A stretch of 64,000 nucleotides of DNA from the NCBI RefSeq assembly GCF_006345805.1, contig NC_042998.1, positions 77,872,001 to 77,936,000 on the forward strand. Reading direction: 5' to 3'. The first letter of the stretch is position 1; every line of letters begins with the position of its first letter. The position numbers and the translations under genes were made by a program. Shown here piece by piece: positions 1 through 11,502 of the stretch. The stretch is from Octopus sinensis (Eukaryota). Below the pieces are notes generated by a model. It did no database searches. It was not told the DNA's origin and was given only the letters and a program-made list of their open reading frames with translations.

Positions 1-595
1 ACTGTTATTATGATTATTATATTTTATTTATTGTTCTAGTTATTTGCATTTAAAGCAGAACAGGACAACGTTACAAGATTGTTGATTAAGTGAATATTTA
101 ATGAGGCAAGCAAATACAAAATTGGTTGGCGTTTGGTAAATTTCTTTACAGTTCACAATGATTATGTCCATAAAACTGCAAGTTAATTATGCTTTGCTAG
201 TTTTATTGCGTGTATTAATTATCATTTATAAAAAGCATTGAAGACTTTCAAATAAATTTTTGTTTATTTCTCCAAAGAAACCCTATACAATATTCCTGTC
301 ATTGTTCCTGCAAATTGGTAGAATTATCAAAAGCTATGGATAAAACATCTTGTGGTATTTATTCTAATTCTTTAGCTTCTGAGTTCAAATTGCACCTACA
401 TCATTTGTCACTGATTCATTCAAGGTCATTAAAACAAAATACCAGTCGTGTACTGGGGTTGAGAGTTAATCAACTAATCCTCTCATCACCACTATTCCAT
501 CACAATTTGTGGCCTTCTACCTGGTTATTGTCAACAGCAATAATAATGGTGATGATGATGATGATGTATGCAAATTTTGACTATAGGCTAGAAAT

Positions 596-697
596 TGACG
601 TGAAAATACAGAAGCGCTTATATGCGAAGCACAAGAAGAAACGTTAAGAACGATGTGACTTGCAGAATCAACAACGCTACCGACAGCGACAAATGCA
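596..697 (+). mobile_element. Short internal fragment of an RLE-type LINE, inverted relative to the copy at 1281-1382
   Basis: Reverse complement of 1281-1382 with a few substitutions; encodes the 'EALICEAQEETLRT' segment seen upstream of the zinc knuckle in these LINEs. Confidence 0.75.
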
Positions 698-764
698 AAC
701 ACCCACCACCACCACCACCAACAAAAATTGCTGCCCTTGTCGCAAAATTTGAAACTATTGTTAT

Positions 765-1964
765 TGCTATTATTATTTGATGAAAACTCTCAGCTTATTT
801 TGCTGAGTATGTTGGAAATTGTCAGCTGTCACACACCAAGAAGACTAAGGGGATACTCGTTTACTGGTCATGCTTCAAGAACCTTGCAAAGAGTTTTTGC
901 AGTTTCAAGCAATGCTGGGTTTTTTAGGTGTTCTACCTTTACGATTCTGTCAATCTTTTTGAGCAAAGCGAGTAGTTGAGTGCTGATACTTCTAAGTGAG
1001 CTAATTACTATTGCTGTCCCGTCCTTCTTCAAATCGCCATATTCGTTTATTTTTTATTCTCCTTTCTCTTTGATCCTTTCGTCACCGGGGCATACTACGT
1101 CGGTTATCATGCATATTCTTTCCATTTTCATTCGCCACAACAATGTCTAGTTTCCGATGCTTGGTCAGGTGATCGCACTAAATCATGGCAATTTTCATTC
1201 TCGGTGATTCGTTCTGGGGTTTGCTCATACCACTTCTTCATTCTTTGTAAGCCGTGATTTCCGTAAAGCTCCATACATTCTGCATTTGTCGCTGTCGGTA
1301 GTGTTGTTGATTCTGCACTTCACATTGTCCTTAACGTTTGTTCTTGTGCTTCGCATATAAGCGCTTCTGTATCTTCACGTCACTTCCATAGTCTCATGTC
1401 TTCTCTATGTGTCTTGACGTTCGTATCTCTTGCAAATTGACAGTACATTTTTCTCCTTTCATGCTGTTTTCCTCTTTAAGTTTTTTCTTTCTTTACACAA
1501 TTATTAGCTTTAAAGACGTCAAACTTCTTCACACGTTTCAACAATGGTTCCGCGGTATTTTTTACATACCTCTGTTCCGGTATAATCGTGGCAACTGATC
1601 AAACCTTCCCGACCGTTTTTTCTGGACAATTACAGCCTACCAGTGGAAAGCTCCGTGCACTGTCAATATTCATCTAATCCTTTCTTTTGCCAGTCTATGA
1701 TTCCAGCTCCATACCGAAGTGATACTTCTGATCATTTCCTTCTGCATGATTTCGTTGAACTCTAGAATGCCAAGGTATTTGTAGCCTTCTTTTTCAATTT
1801 ATTTAATTAGTTCTCTATTAGATAATTCTGTCCCTCTCAGGGACTGTATCTTGCCTCTTTTCTGGTACGTTATACCACACTTTTTGAGTCCGAATTCCAT
1901 CCTAATATCATCACTAAAACAGTGGGCCATATTCACCAAAAATTTGCCATACAGCTTCAAATCA
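765..1964 (-). mobile_element. Decayed 5'-truncated RLE-type non-LTR retrotransposon (R4/Dong/NeSL-like), copy A
   Basis: Minus-strand frames give DLKLYGK, FSDDIRMEFGLKKCG, EGYKYLGILEFNEI, KKWYEQTPERITENE and C-terminal HLKNPALLETAKTLCKVLEA*, followed by an AAT-rich tail. Many stops and frameshifts. Confidence 0.8.
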
Positions 1965-3160
1965 TGTTGGTGTTATGCCTAGGGTGCCATATATTTGGTT
2001 TTGTACATAGTGTTGTTCTAGAGGATGTTTAAGAAAGCATAAGAAAATGATGTGTTTGTTTTAAAATTTGAGATTACATAGAAAGTATTTTGCGTAGGAT
2101 ATGGGCAGTTCCCATGAGCACTATCTTTTGAATTTCTGCCATTTTGGGGTACTATTTCCTGGTATCTGAGCGAGGTAGCAATCAGCTCCTTTTGCTATCA
2201 TTCCCAGTGCACCTATAACAACGGATATTGTTTTAGTCTTCATGTTCCAAATTTTACTAATTTCTATTTCAAGATCTTTATCAGTTTTAGGTAGGTCTTG
2301 ACAGATACGTTTATATCGATATACATTATTTTTGTCTGAAGTCTTTTAATATGATATCTGGGCTATTTGCATCTATCTTCCTGTCAGTTTGAATGGTGAA
2401 GTTCCAGGGGAGTGAGATGTGATCATTTTCAAGCACTGGAGGTGGTTTTTGTTCCCACCATTTTTTATGATGGGGCAAGTCCAGGTTTTGCAAATTACCC
2501 AGTGATTATATTGTGCAGCTCTATCATGCCTGTTGAGATAGTCTGTAGGCGCAAGCAGACTGCACATGGAGACAGCATGATCATTGGTTTCATTTTGTTG
2601 TTGACATACATGACATGCTGGGAAGCTGCCGTTCTTTAATATGTTGGCCTGGTAGTTCCTTGTATGTAGGCATTGATCTTGGGCTGCTATGATAAACCCT
2701 TCTGTCTCAGATTTTAAACCAGAAGCCATTAGCCATTGATGGGTAAGGGTTTTGTCAACATCGGCATTATTCGCTCTGTGTGGGTATTTGCCATTGAGAG
2801 GGGTTTTTTGCCATTTATCAGTCAGAATATCTAAGGCAGCAATTTTAGCATTGGCATTCATACGCTTAGCGTTTACTGCGCTTGTTTTTAGTATGTCTAA
2901 TTCCGAAATTTGTTGTATTTAGAATTCACTTAGATATTCCTTTACTTGTTTTGTTACTGAGTATGATGCTTTCTTGTTTTCATGTTTTCAGACAAGTTTT
3001 TAACATCCAGTCCTCAGAGTTTTTTCAGGTAGGTGTCTAGGTGTCAGTGGCAATTTTGATTGTTAATGGCATTTGTAAAAGTCCACGGCCTTCCGCTTTT
3101 CTTGACAGATAAAGTCGTTCTGTATCTGCCTTATGGCGGTATATTCTATGCATTGTGAAC
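1965..3160 (-). mobile_element. Decayed 5'-truncated RLE-type LINE, copy B (zinc knuckle + restriction-like endonuclease)
   Basis: ORF 2373-2861 has GLKSETEGFIIAAQDQCLHT, CHVC..ETNDHAVSMC and RHD; upstream ERLYLSRKAEGRGLL; downstream DLEIEISKIWNMKTKTISVVIGALG...GTAHILRKILSM*. 3' UTR resembles that at ~54940-55050. Confidence 0.88.
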
Positions 3161-3267
3161 AGCTTCCTTTATCTAATTCCATCGATGTTATTAGATTAGA
3201 TTTATTTTTGAATGGAGAACCCAGTGTAGCACATCGATGTTGCTATTCAGTGCGGAGCTCTTCTTAA

Positions 3268-3482
3268 GGCGGCAAGCTGGCAGAATTGTTAGTACACGAG
3301 TGAAATGCTTGGTGGCATTTCTTCCGTCCTATCTTTCTGAGTTTAAATTCTGCTGAGGTCGACTTTACCTTTTACTCTTCGAAGTCGATAAAATACACAG
3401 TAGTTGAGCACTGAGGTGGATGCAATCGACTTATACTTTCCTTTGAATTTGTTGGCCTTGTGCCAAAATTTGAAATCATTAT
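3268..3482 (+). mobile_element. tRNA-derived SINE (abundant octopus-type family), diverged
   Basis: ggcggcaagctggcagaattgttag...gagtttaaattctgctgaggtcgactttacc; homologous to 16005-16232 and 48270-48480. Confidence 0.8.
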
Positions 3483-4879
3483 TATTCCTATTAAGCGACA
3501 ATTCTTGCTACGATACCATGGTGGTGCTCCAGCATAACCGCGGGTATTTGGATGAAACGAGTAAAAGACCATACAATCAGAATTAGACTTCTGTTAATAC
3601 TGCTACACATTGTGTTAGGTCCTAACACGCTAACAGAATTTTAAAACGCACAAAAAGAAAATTGGGACGGGATTGGGATGGAGACCCCTCTTAAGGGGAC
3701 AGGAACTCCGACCTGATGGAGATCCCATGAAGGCAGATTCTGAAGGGCGTTATGGAGCGTAGATGACCAAGATGCCACACTTGTTGAACATCGACCTGTC
3801 CATTAACTTGCTTCCGCCAACAACAGCAGTAAGTGACACTCGAATGAAAGATTCGACGACTATCAACAGCAAACAACCAACAACGATAATAACACCAGCA
3901 ACTACAACACTAATAATAGCAGAAACACCAGAAGAGCATGCAACCACAGCAACCGTAGTTGCAGTACTAGAAACAGCACCTAAATCAACAGTAGCAATAA
4001 TATCAAGAGAGGAAACAACTACAAAAACAAAAGAATAATCAATGACCTCAGGTGATACCATAAATCTCAAAACAACAACAAAAGAATAACATAATATAAC
4101 TACAAACTACTCTAAAACAATCTTTTCCCCACTTCAGTCCACGTAGACTTACCGTTTGCTAAAAGTGAGAGGAATAGTTAAAAAGTAAAAAGTGACAAAC
4201 AGAAATAAATGCAAAAAAAAAAAAGAAAAACAGCATACCAGCAATATTGACACAGTCAGCATCACACCCATTCCCATCACAAACACCATGGATAATACAA
4301 ACAAGCAGAACCTAATTCACATCCAATCTGAAACAGCAAGAATACCACCACCAGCTCCAACAATAAATATAAAATTAACTACACGACTATTAAAACATTC
4401 AAAAGGACAATATATAACCTTTTAAAAGGCAAATATTCGGACGGCATAGATTTCCGAGGGAGTAGTAACAAAAGGATATTCAAAACCTCAATGAAGGGAT
4501 ACTCAGAACTAACTAGAAAGGTAGAGTGAAAGAAGTCACTTGGGCTCACCTTAGAAGCAGGGTCCCCTACTAAATCAACTCTTGTTACTAGATATAGATA
4601 TGGTGACTATCAACGAGACAAGAATATGATAGATACAAACTTTCACGTCCACTTTTAGAGGCTACGAGATATATGCATCTCAAAGTCTCCTATGTTGTTT
4701 AGGAACGGTTGGGGTCTTACGATAGGGTTCAACTTCTGGAATCCAAATGGATAAATTGCTGGTACTGGACGTAACAAGGAACGACCCGTCCCCGACATAT
4801 CAAGGGTGGGTGGCCAGATTTCTTTCGGCATCAAGAAAAACAGAATTTCTAATATAACTCTCAATCTTTCATGCTTTTT

Positions 4880-5030
4880 GACCAGCCAACTGCGCAGTGC
4901 TCATCTGGTACTTATTTTACCCACCGAAGAAATGAAAGGCGAATTCGTCCCTGTTAGCATTTGAACACAGAATATAAAGACGGATGAAATGCATCTAAGC
5001 ATTTTGTTCGGGGTGCTAGCTATTCTGCCA
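4880..5030 (-). mobile_element. Diverged SINE of the same family
   Basis: Ends in ...ctattctgccagctcgtcacc, the reverse complement of the ggcggcgagctggcaga head. Confidence 0.65.
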
Positions 5031-5841
5031 GCTCGTCACCTTTAGATCCTGTAATATTGACTTGCGGTATGCTACAGCATATGAAAACAAATGCCGTGTT
5101 TTAGCATTTTACTTCACATACATATAAGGAGTGCTTATGTGGCATACTGTATGTAGATTGAATGTATTGTAGAACGAAGTATGTGTATGATTGTTTAAGT
5201 TTTAACGCGTGAAACAATGCGAGCGAGTGAGAGAGAGAGAGAGAGAAAAAGGAGAAACAGGGAAGGGAGACGTGTGTATGTGTGGGTTTACTTATATCCA
5301 CTAAGTCTCTATATAACATCGTTTGCTGAAACAATTTATATATGTTGTCATTTCAAAAGAGATCGCTCTGATAACGGCTCACAGTATTTTCAGCGACAGA
5401 ACTAGTTTTAAGTCAGACTCAATTTATTCACACAATGTGTAAGCAAGTTACATAATTATTTCTATGATACCATTAATGTTGTTGAGTTTTACTGCCTGCG
5501 ACAATACAACTCAGTGTCGTATACTATTAGAGGATATGATAAATATAAAGTTGGCATATACAAGAAATTTGTGTACAGATATTCCCAAAAGAGGAAGACT
5601 ATCGAAAGTGACGAAACCTGCGAGTACACTTTCGAAGCATAATAAAATAATAATTGTTGATGTGGTCATGATGATACTGTTGCTATTCTGGCACACTTTA
5701 GTGATATTGATAAAAAGTCTAATACTATAGTGAATAAAATAAGATATTCAGGAATATAGAAAACAATGCAGTATGGGAGAAGTTAACAAATTACCAAAAC
5801 ATATCGCACACAATTTAGCTATATAAAAGTATAGAGAGTAA

Positions 5842-5844
<3 letters not shown>

Positions 5845-5882
<38 letters not shown>

Positions 5883-5920
5883 TATATATATATATATATA
5901 ATATATATTATATATATATA
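5845..5920. repeat. (TA)n microsatellite flanking the ribozyme array
   Basis: Directly visible TA run. Confidence 0.95.
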
Positions 5921-6182
5921 TAAGTTTAACAATTAAGGATAATCTCTTAATAAGGATCTTAACAAGAAATTATCGGGTAGCTAGCGTGAAAACCTCATAA
6001 AAGAAAAGAATTCGAAAATAATTTTTTTCTTTTGAACAAATTAATTATATCTATATTGTATAGAGGGCATTATTACACATAAATGCCTCACACTAGGAGG
6101 GACAAAGTCATTACTACCAAAATTATACTAATCATACCCAAATGCAGTTTTTCAAAGCAAGACATTTAAAAAAATGAATTTA

Positions 6183-6238
6183 GTTCTGTATCACCGTGAT
6201 TTCACATTCAACTTACGTCTAATGATCGTCAGCAGAAC
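6183..6238 (-). ncRNA. Type I hammerhead ribozyme, copy 1
   Basis: Minus strand reads GUUCUG-CUGACGA-UCAUUAGAC-GUAA-GUUGAAUGU-GAAA-UCACGGUGA-UA-CAGAAC: intact core, 6-bp stem I, stem II with GUAA loop, near-palindromic stem III, AUA cleavage triplet. Confidence 0.88.
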
Positions 6239-6661
6239 TGATTCTGAACACATCATAAATAAACTACCAACCTTACGTAGCGAAGACGAACAGACAACTG
6301 CTCACTCCGGCCAAGCACATGGAATGTTTATAATCATATATCCGGTAAATGGCGGGCTTTTTACGAACTGCATGTCGGGTAATGAAAAGTATTTCGGAAT
6401 AAGTTTAACAATTAAGGATAATCTCTTAATAAGGGATCTTAACAAGAAATTATCGGGTAGCTAGCGTGAAAACCTCATAAAAGAAAAGAATTCGAAAATA
6501 ATTTTTTTCTTTTGAACAAATTAATTATATCTATATTGTATAGAGGGCATTATTACACATAAATGCCTCACACTAGGAGGGACAAAGTCATTACTACCAA
6601 AATTATACTAATCATACCCAAATGCAGTTTTTCAAAGCAAGACATTTAAAAAATGAATTTA

Positions 6662-6717
6662 GTTCTGTATCACCGTGATTTCACATTCAACTTACGTCTA
6701 ATGATCGTCAGCAGAAC
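6662..6717 (-). ncRNA. Type I hammerhead ribozyme, copy 2
   Basis: Identical to copy 1. Confidence 0.88.
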
Positions 6718-7128
6718 TGATTCTGAACACATCATAAATAAACTACCAACCTTACGTAGCGAAGACGAACAGACAACTGCTCACTCCGGCCAAGCACATG
6801 GAATGTTTATAAATCATATATCCGGTAAATGGCGGGCTTTTTACGAACTGCATGTCGGGTAATGAAAAGTATTTCGGAATAAGTTTAACAATTAAGGATA
6901 ATCTCTTAATAAGAAATTATCGGGTAGCTAGCGTGAAAACCTCATAAAAGAAAAGAATTCGAAAATAATTTTTTTCTTTTGAACAAATTAATTATATCTA
7001 TATTGTATAGAGGGCATTATTACACATAAATGCCTCACACTAGGAGGGACAAAGTCATTACTACCAAAATTATACTAATCATACCCAAATGCAGTTTTTC
7101 AAAGCAAGACATTTAAAAAATGAATTTA

Positions 7129-7185
7129 GTTCTGTATCACCGTGATTTCACATTCAACTTTACGTCCAATGATCGTCAGCAGAAC
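7129..7185 (-). ncRNA. Type I hammerhead ribozyme, copy 3
   Basis: Same core and stems I/III; differs only in stem II (one substitution, loop GUAAA). Confidence 0.85.
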
Positions 7186-7565
7186 TGATTCTGAACACAT
7201 CATAAATAAACTACCAACCTTACGTAGCGAAGACGAACAGACAACTGCTCACTCCGGCCAAGCACATGGAATGTTTATAAATCATATATCCGGTAAATGG
7301 CGGGCTTTTTACGAACTGCATGTCGGGTAATGAAAAGTATTTCGGAATAAGTTTAACAATTAAGGATAATCTCTTAATAAGGGATCTTAACAAGAAATTA
7401 TCGGGTAGCTAGCGTGAAAACCTCATAAAAGAAAAGAATTCGAAAATAATTTTTTTCTTTTGAACAAATTAATTATATCTATATTGTATAGAGGGCATTA
7501 TTACACATAAATGCCTCACACTAGGAGGGACAAAGTCATTACTACCAAAATTATACTAATCATAC

Positions 7566-7628
7566 TTTCAAGAGTGAAACCGGTTAAGTAAATAAACATC
7601 GTTTAAATTGCATTTTCAAACCTTTTTT

Positions 7629-7630
<2 letters not shown>
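7566..7630 (+). mobile_element. Short 3' piece of the Penelope-like pseudo-LTR
   Basis: aagagtgaaaccggttaagtaaataaacatcg...ttttttctt matches 12318-12378 and is the reverse complement of 7851-7910. Confidence 0.85.
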
Positions 7631-7664
<34 letters not shown>

Positions 7665-7733
7665 TATATATATATATATATATAATATATATAATATAAT
7701 ATATATATATGGATATATATATATACATATATA

Positions 7734-7773
<40 letters not shown>

Positions 7774-7817
7774 ATATATATATATATTATATATATATAT
7801 ATAATATTATATATATA

Positions 7818-7850
<33 letters not shown>
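7631..7850. repeat. (TA)n microsatellite
   Basis: Directly visible. Confidence 0.95.
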
Positions 7851-8792
7851 AGAAAAAAGGTTTGAAAATGCAATTTAAACGATGTTTATTTACTTAACCG
7901 GTTTCACTCTTTGGTAAAAGATTGTCAAAAGTTACATTTAAGGAAACATTGAATAATATGGGTTCAAAAAAAGTTTTTACATAATTGTCACATTGAATAT
8001 TATGCATTCAAAAAAGTTTTTACATAATTGTCACATTGGATATTATGAATTCAAAAATGTTTTTTTATACATAATTGTCACATTACATGTATAAATATAG
8101 TGTTTGGTAACAGAGAAGTTCAATAGTGTGATGAGAATATTTGGGAAAACTTGGCAGAAAAGGATAAAACAAATATATTATTGGAATTGGTTGCGTTAAT
8201 TATTGGTTGTCGCAAATTGTCACATTACATGTATATATATACAATCTTCGGTATATATATACAGCCTTTTGACAGCAAAAATTAAAATGGATTTTTTATA
8301 CATCTCAGAATATTTTAAGTACAAGGCGAGAATGTTTTTACTGACCTGTCGGTATTAGCAGAAAGGCTGAACTGAGAGAACAGAGGAAGTAGCCAATGTG
8401 GTGTATACTTCCCCTTTATGCATGAATGATTTTGGGGTTATCAGGAGGTTAGTATGCGGGTGTCAGTTGATGATGTCAGTTGGTCATCTTCGAACCGAAG
8501 GACGAACATTATTATGCGGGTGTGAATAGATGTGTCCGTGCCCGCTGGTCAGATAGCGTCTGTTTGTCACACACATATATACACACAGACCACACACACA
8601 CACACCACAACAACACACACACACACACCCATAGTAAACAAACACACACCACATACAAACAACACACACACACACACAGAACACACACACCCACACACAA
8701 CGCACCCACATATATCACATATACACACAGCACACAAATATAATATGTATCTATATATAACATACACAGATATATAACACACATACACACAC

Positions 8793-8823
<31 letters not shown>

Positions 8824-9017
8824 CACACGCACACATACATACATAATATAAATATCACACAAATACACCTAGCATATATATACACACATACAATACACAC
8901 ATACAGCATGTAAGTAATATACATACACAATATATGCATGCAATATACATACGCAGTACATACATATAATATATATATATAGACAATGCATATACATATA
9001 TACATATATATACATAT
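7851..9017 (-). mobile_element. Inverted 5' copy of the Penelope-like 3' region/pseudo-LTR (left arm)
   Basis: Reverse complement of ~11285-12378, including its unique segment and CA/GT low-complexity tract. Confidence 0.9.
8464..8512 (+). mobile_element. 49-bp RTE-like LINE 3' tip inserted with an 11-bp target-site duplication
   Basis: tatgcgggtgt occurs at 8453-8463 and 8513-8523; the right arm has a single copy. Insert gatgtcagttggtcatcttcgaaccgaaggacgaacatt resembles RTE 3' ends. Confidence 0.65.
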
Positions 9018-10200
9018 ATGGGTACGAAAGTTGCACCTACCTATGCAAACCTGGTGATGGCCTACCTGGAATCACATATCTATGAAAAATCCAAATATAA
9101 GTACGGCCAGTCTTTCCACAAATACCTGTTGAGAACTGGAAACGCTACTTAGATGATTGCCTCATCCTATGGTCCCACACACTCGACCAACTTATAGACT
9201 TCAAAAACCTTATCAACAGTGTAAATAACAACATTCAATTCACAATGGAATATAGTCAGGACCAACTCCTCCTTTTCTTGACATCCTAATCATTAAAAAA
9301 GGCGTCAACATTGAAACTGACATCCATTACAAACCCACTGACTCTAAACAATACCTTCTATTCACCTCCAATCACCCAAAACACAAAGACAAATATCCCC
9401 TTCAACCTAGCGAGAAGAATCTGCACTATTGTCTCAAATGACACAACACAAAATAGAGACTCCGGGAACTAAGGACAATTCTTCTCGAAAGACATTACCC
9501 GGCATCACTAGTAGACAACGGAATAGAACGGGCCAAATCAATCAACATTCAAGACCTTCGAAAACCCAAACACATCCACAGTACAGTCAATAGCCTCCCT
9601 TATCTCTCAACACACAACCCAGGAATGCAGAAGCTTACACTATTATATACAACAACATTCCACAACTAAATCAAGACCCACGCCTGAAAAAAATACTGGC
9701 ATCTCATAAAATAATAAAAAGTAAGAGACAACCTAAATCCCTAAAAAACCTCCTCACCAACGCAAAATTACACAACACAACGAACCCACCGCCCACCATC
9801 AAAAATGTGGTCGCCCCAACTGCAAGACCTGCATCCACCTCATTGAGGGATCATCGTACAAGTTCCACTCGGGACACACATTCATCATAAAAAATAATTT
9901 CACGTGCGCATCAAAAAATTTACTCTACGTCATAAGGTGTGAAGGATGCCACGAAGATTACATAGGGCAAACGAGCCTTACCCTCAGAGACAGAATGACA
10001 GTTCACCGACAACAACTGAGGGACCCCTCCACAAGACAGATACCACTAAGTGGACACTTAGACCTTTGTGCACACAATAAGTCCCCCAAATCTTAGTCTT
10101 CCCACTATACCAATGCTCGGACAACACCACAGACCAAACACGAATAAATAAGGAAAGTAATCTTATTCAAAAATACAGACCACAACTAAACATACTCTAA
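9018..10200 (+). mobile_element. Penelope-like element, 5'-truncated ORF: reverse transcriptase C-terminal half + GIY-YIG endonuclease, frameshifted
   Basis: MGTKVAPTYANLVM, WKRYLDDCLILW, YKPTDSKQYL, IPFNLARRIC, FTCASKNLLYVIRCEGCHEDYIGQT, ...KYRPQLNIL*. Several single-base frameshifts. Confidence 0.93.
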
Positions 10201-10639
10201 CATACCCCTGGAAACACATCCAGAGCAAGCACACAGGGACGCGCGCACGCTCACAGCATATCGTGCGGGCGGGCACATGCGCGCATCGGCACGCATAGGA
10301 CACACTAGCGGGCATTGACCGCACACATACGTGGCATGCACACGCATGCATTATATATATGTAGGTGATGTATGTGTGTGAGTGTTGTGTGTGTGTGTGT
10401 GTTGTGTGTGTGTGTGTGCACGTTGTGTGTGTGTGTGCGCGGGTGTATATATATATGTGTGTGTGTGTGTGCACTGTGTGCGCGTGTGTGTGTATGTGTG
10501 TGCGTGCGCGCGCGTTGTGTGTATGTGTGTGTGCACGTGTGTATATATTGTGTGTGTGTGCACTGTGTACGGGTGGTGTGTGTTGTGTGTGTTGTGAGCA
10601 TTGTGTACGTATGTATGTATTTACATGTGTATTTGTTTT

Positions 10640-10686
<47 letters not shown>

Positions 10687-11471
10687 TGTGTGTGTATATG
10701 CATGGTATGTGTGTATATGTTAGTACTTTGTTTGTGTGTGTGTGCGGCATGTAGAGATATATTTGAGTGTGTACGCTATAGGTTTGTAATTTGTGTGGGG
10801 GGGGGTGAATTTTTTATATATATATATATGTATGTGTATGTGTGTGAAAAAATATATGTATGTGCATGTATGTATGTATGTATGTGTGTATATATATATA
10901 TATATGTGTGTATATATATATGTGTGTGTGTGTATATTTATTTGCTTGTTTATGTGTGTATAAACATGTACATTATTTGCATGCGCATTGTGTATATGTA
11001 TATTCTATGTATGTGTATTGTATATGTATGTGTACAATTAAGTGTATATATGTGTGTGTATGTGTGCAGTGTATATATGTATATTGTAGGTGTGCTATAT
11101 ATGCATGAATACATGTATGTGCATTACGTGTATATATATGTATACATTGTGTATGTATGTTATGCGTGTGTGTGTGTATATATATATTGTATGTATGCGT
11201 ACGTGTATGTGTATGCGTTGTATGTATGTGTATTGTGTGTATATGTGGTACATCTATGTATGTGTATGTAAACACTATTTATATGTATATGCGTATATAT
11301 GTATATGCATTGTCTATATATATATATTATATGTATGTACTGCGTATGTATATTGCATGCATATATTGTGTATGTATATTACTTACATGCTGTATGTGTG
11401 TATTGTATGTGTGTATATATATGCTAGGTGTATTTGTGTGATATTTATATATGTATGTATGTGTGCGTGTG

Positions 11472-11502
<31 letters not shown>

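Larger units (their letters stand above)
5921..7565 (-). repeat. Tandem array of ~480-bp units (3 full + 1 partial), retrozyme-like
   Basis: Units start with taagtttaacaattaaggat at 5921, 6400, 6880 and 7348 (periods 479, 480, 468). Unit 3 has a 13-bp deletion. Otherwise near-identical; each full unit contains a hammerhead on the minus strand. Confidence 0.95.

Noticed and set aside
6174-7330. Repeated ORFs MNLVLYHRDFTFNLR... in the array
   Set aside because: They lie antisense to the ribozyme, change length by single-base indels between units and resemble no known protein.
5921-7565. CRISPR or plain satellite interpretation of the array
   Set aside because: No repeat-spacer structure; the conserved ribozyme and TA-anchored end fit a retrozyme better, although post-insertion tandem amplification cannot be excluded.
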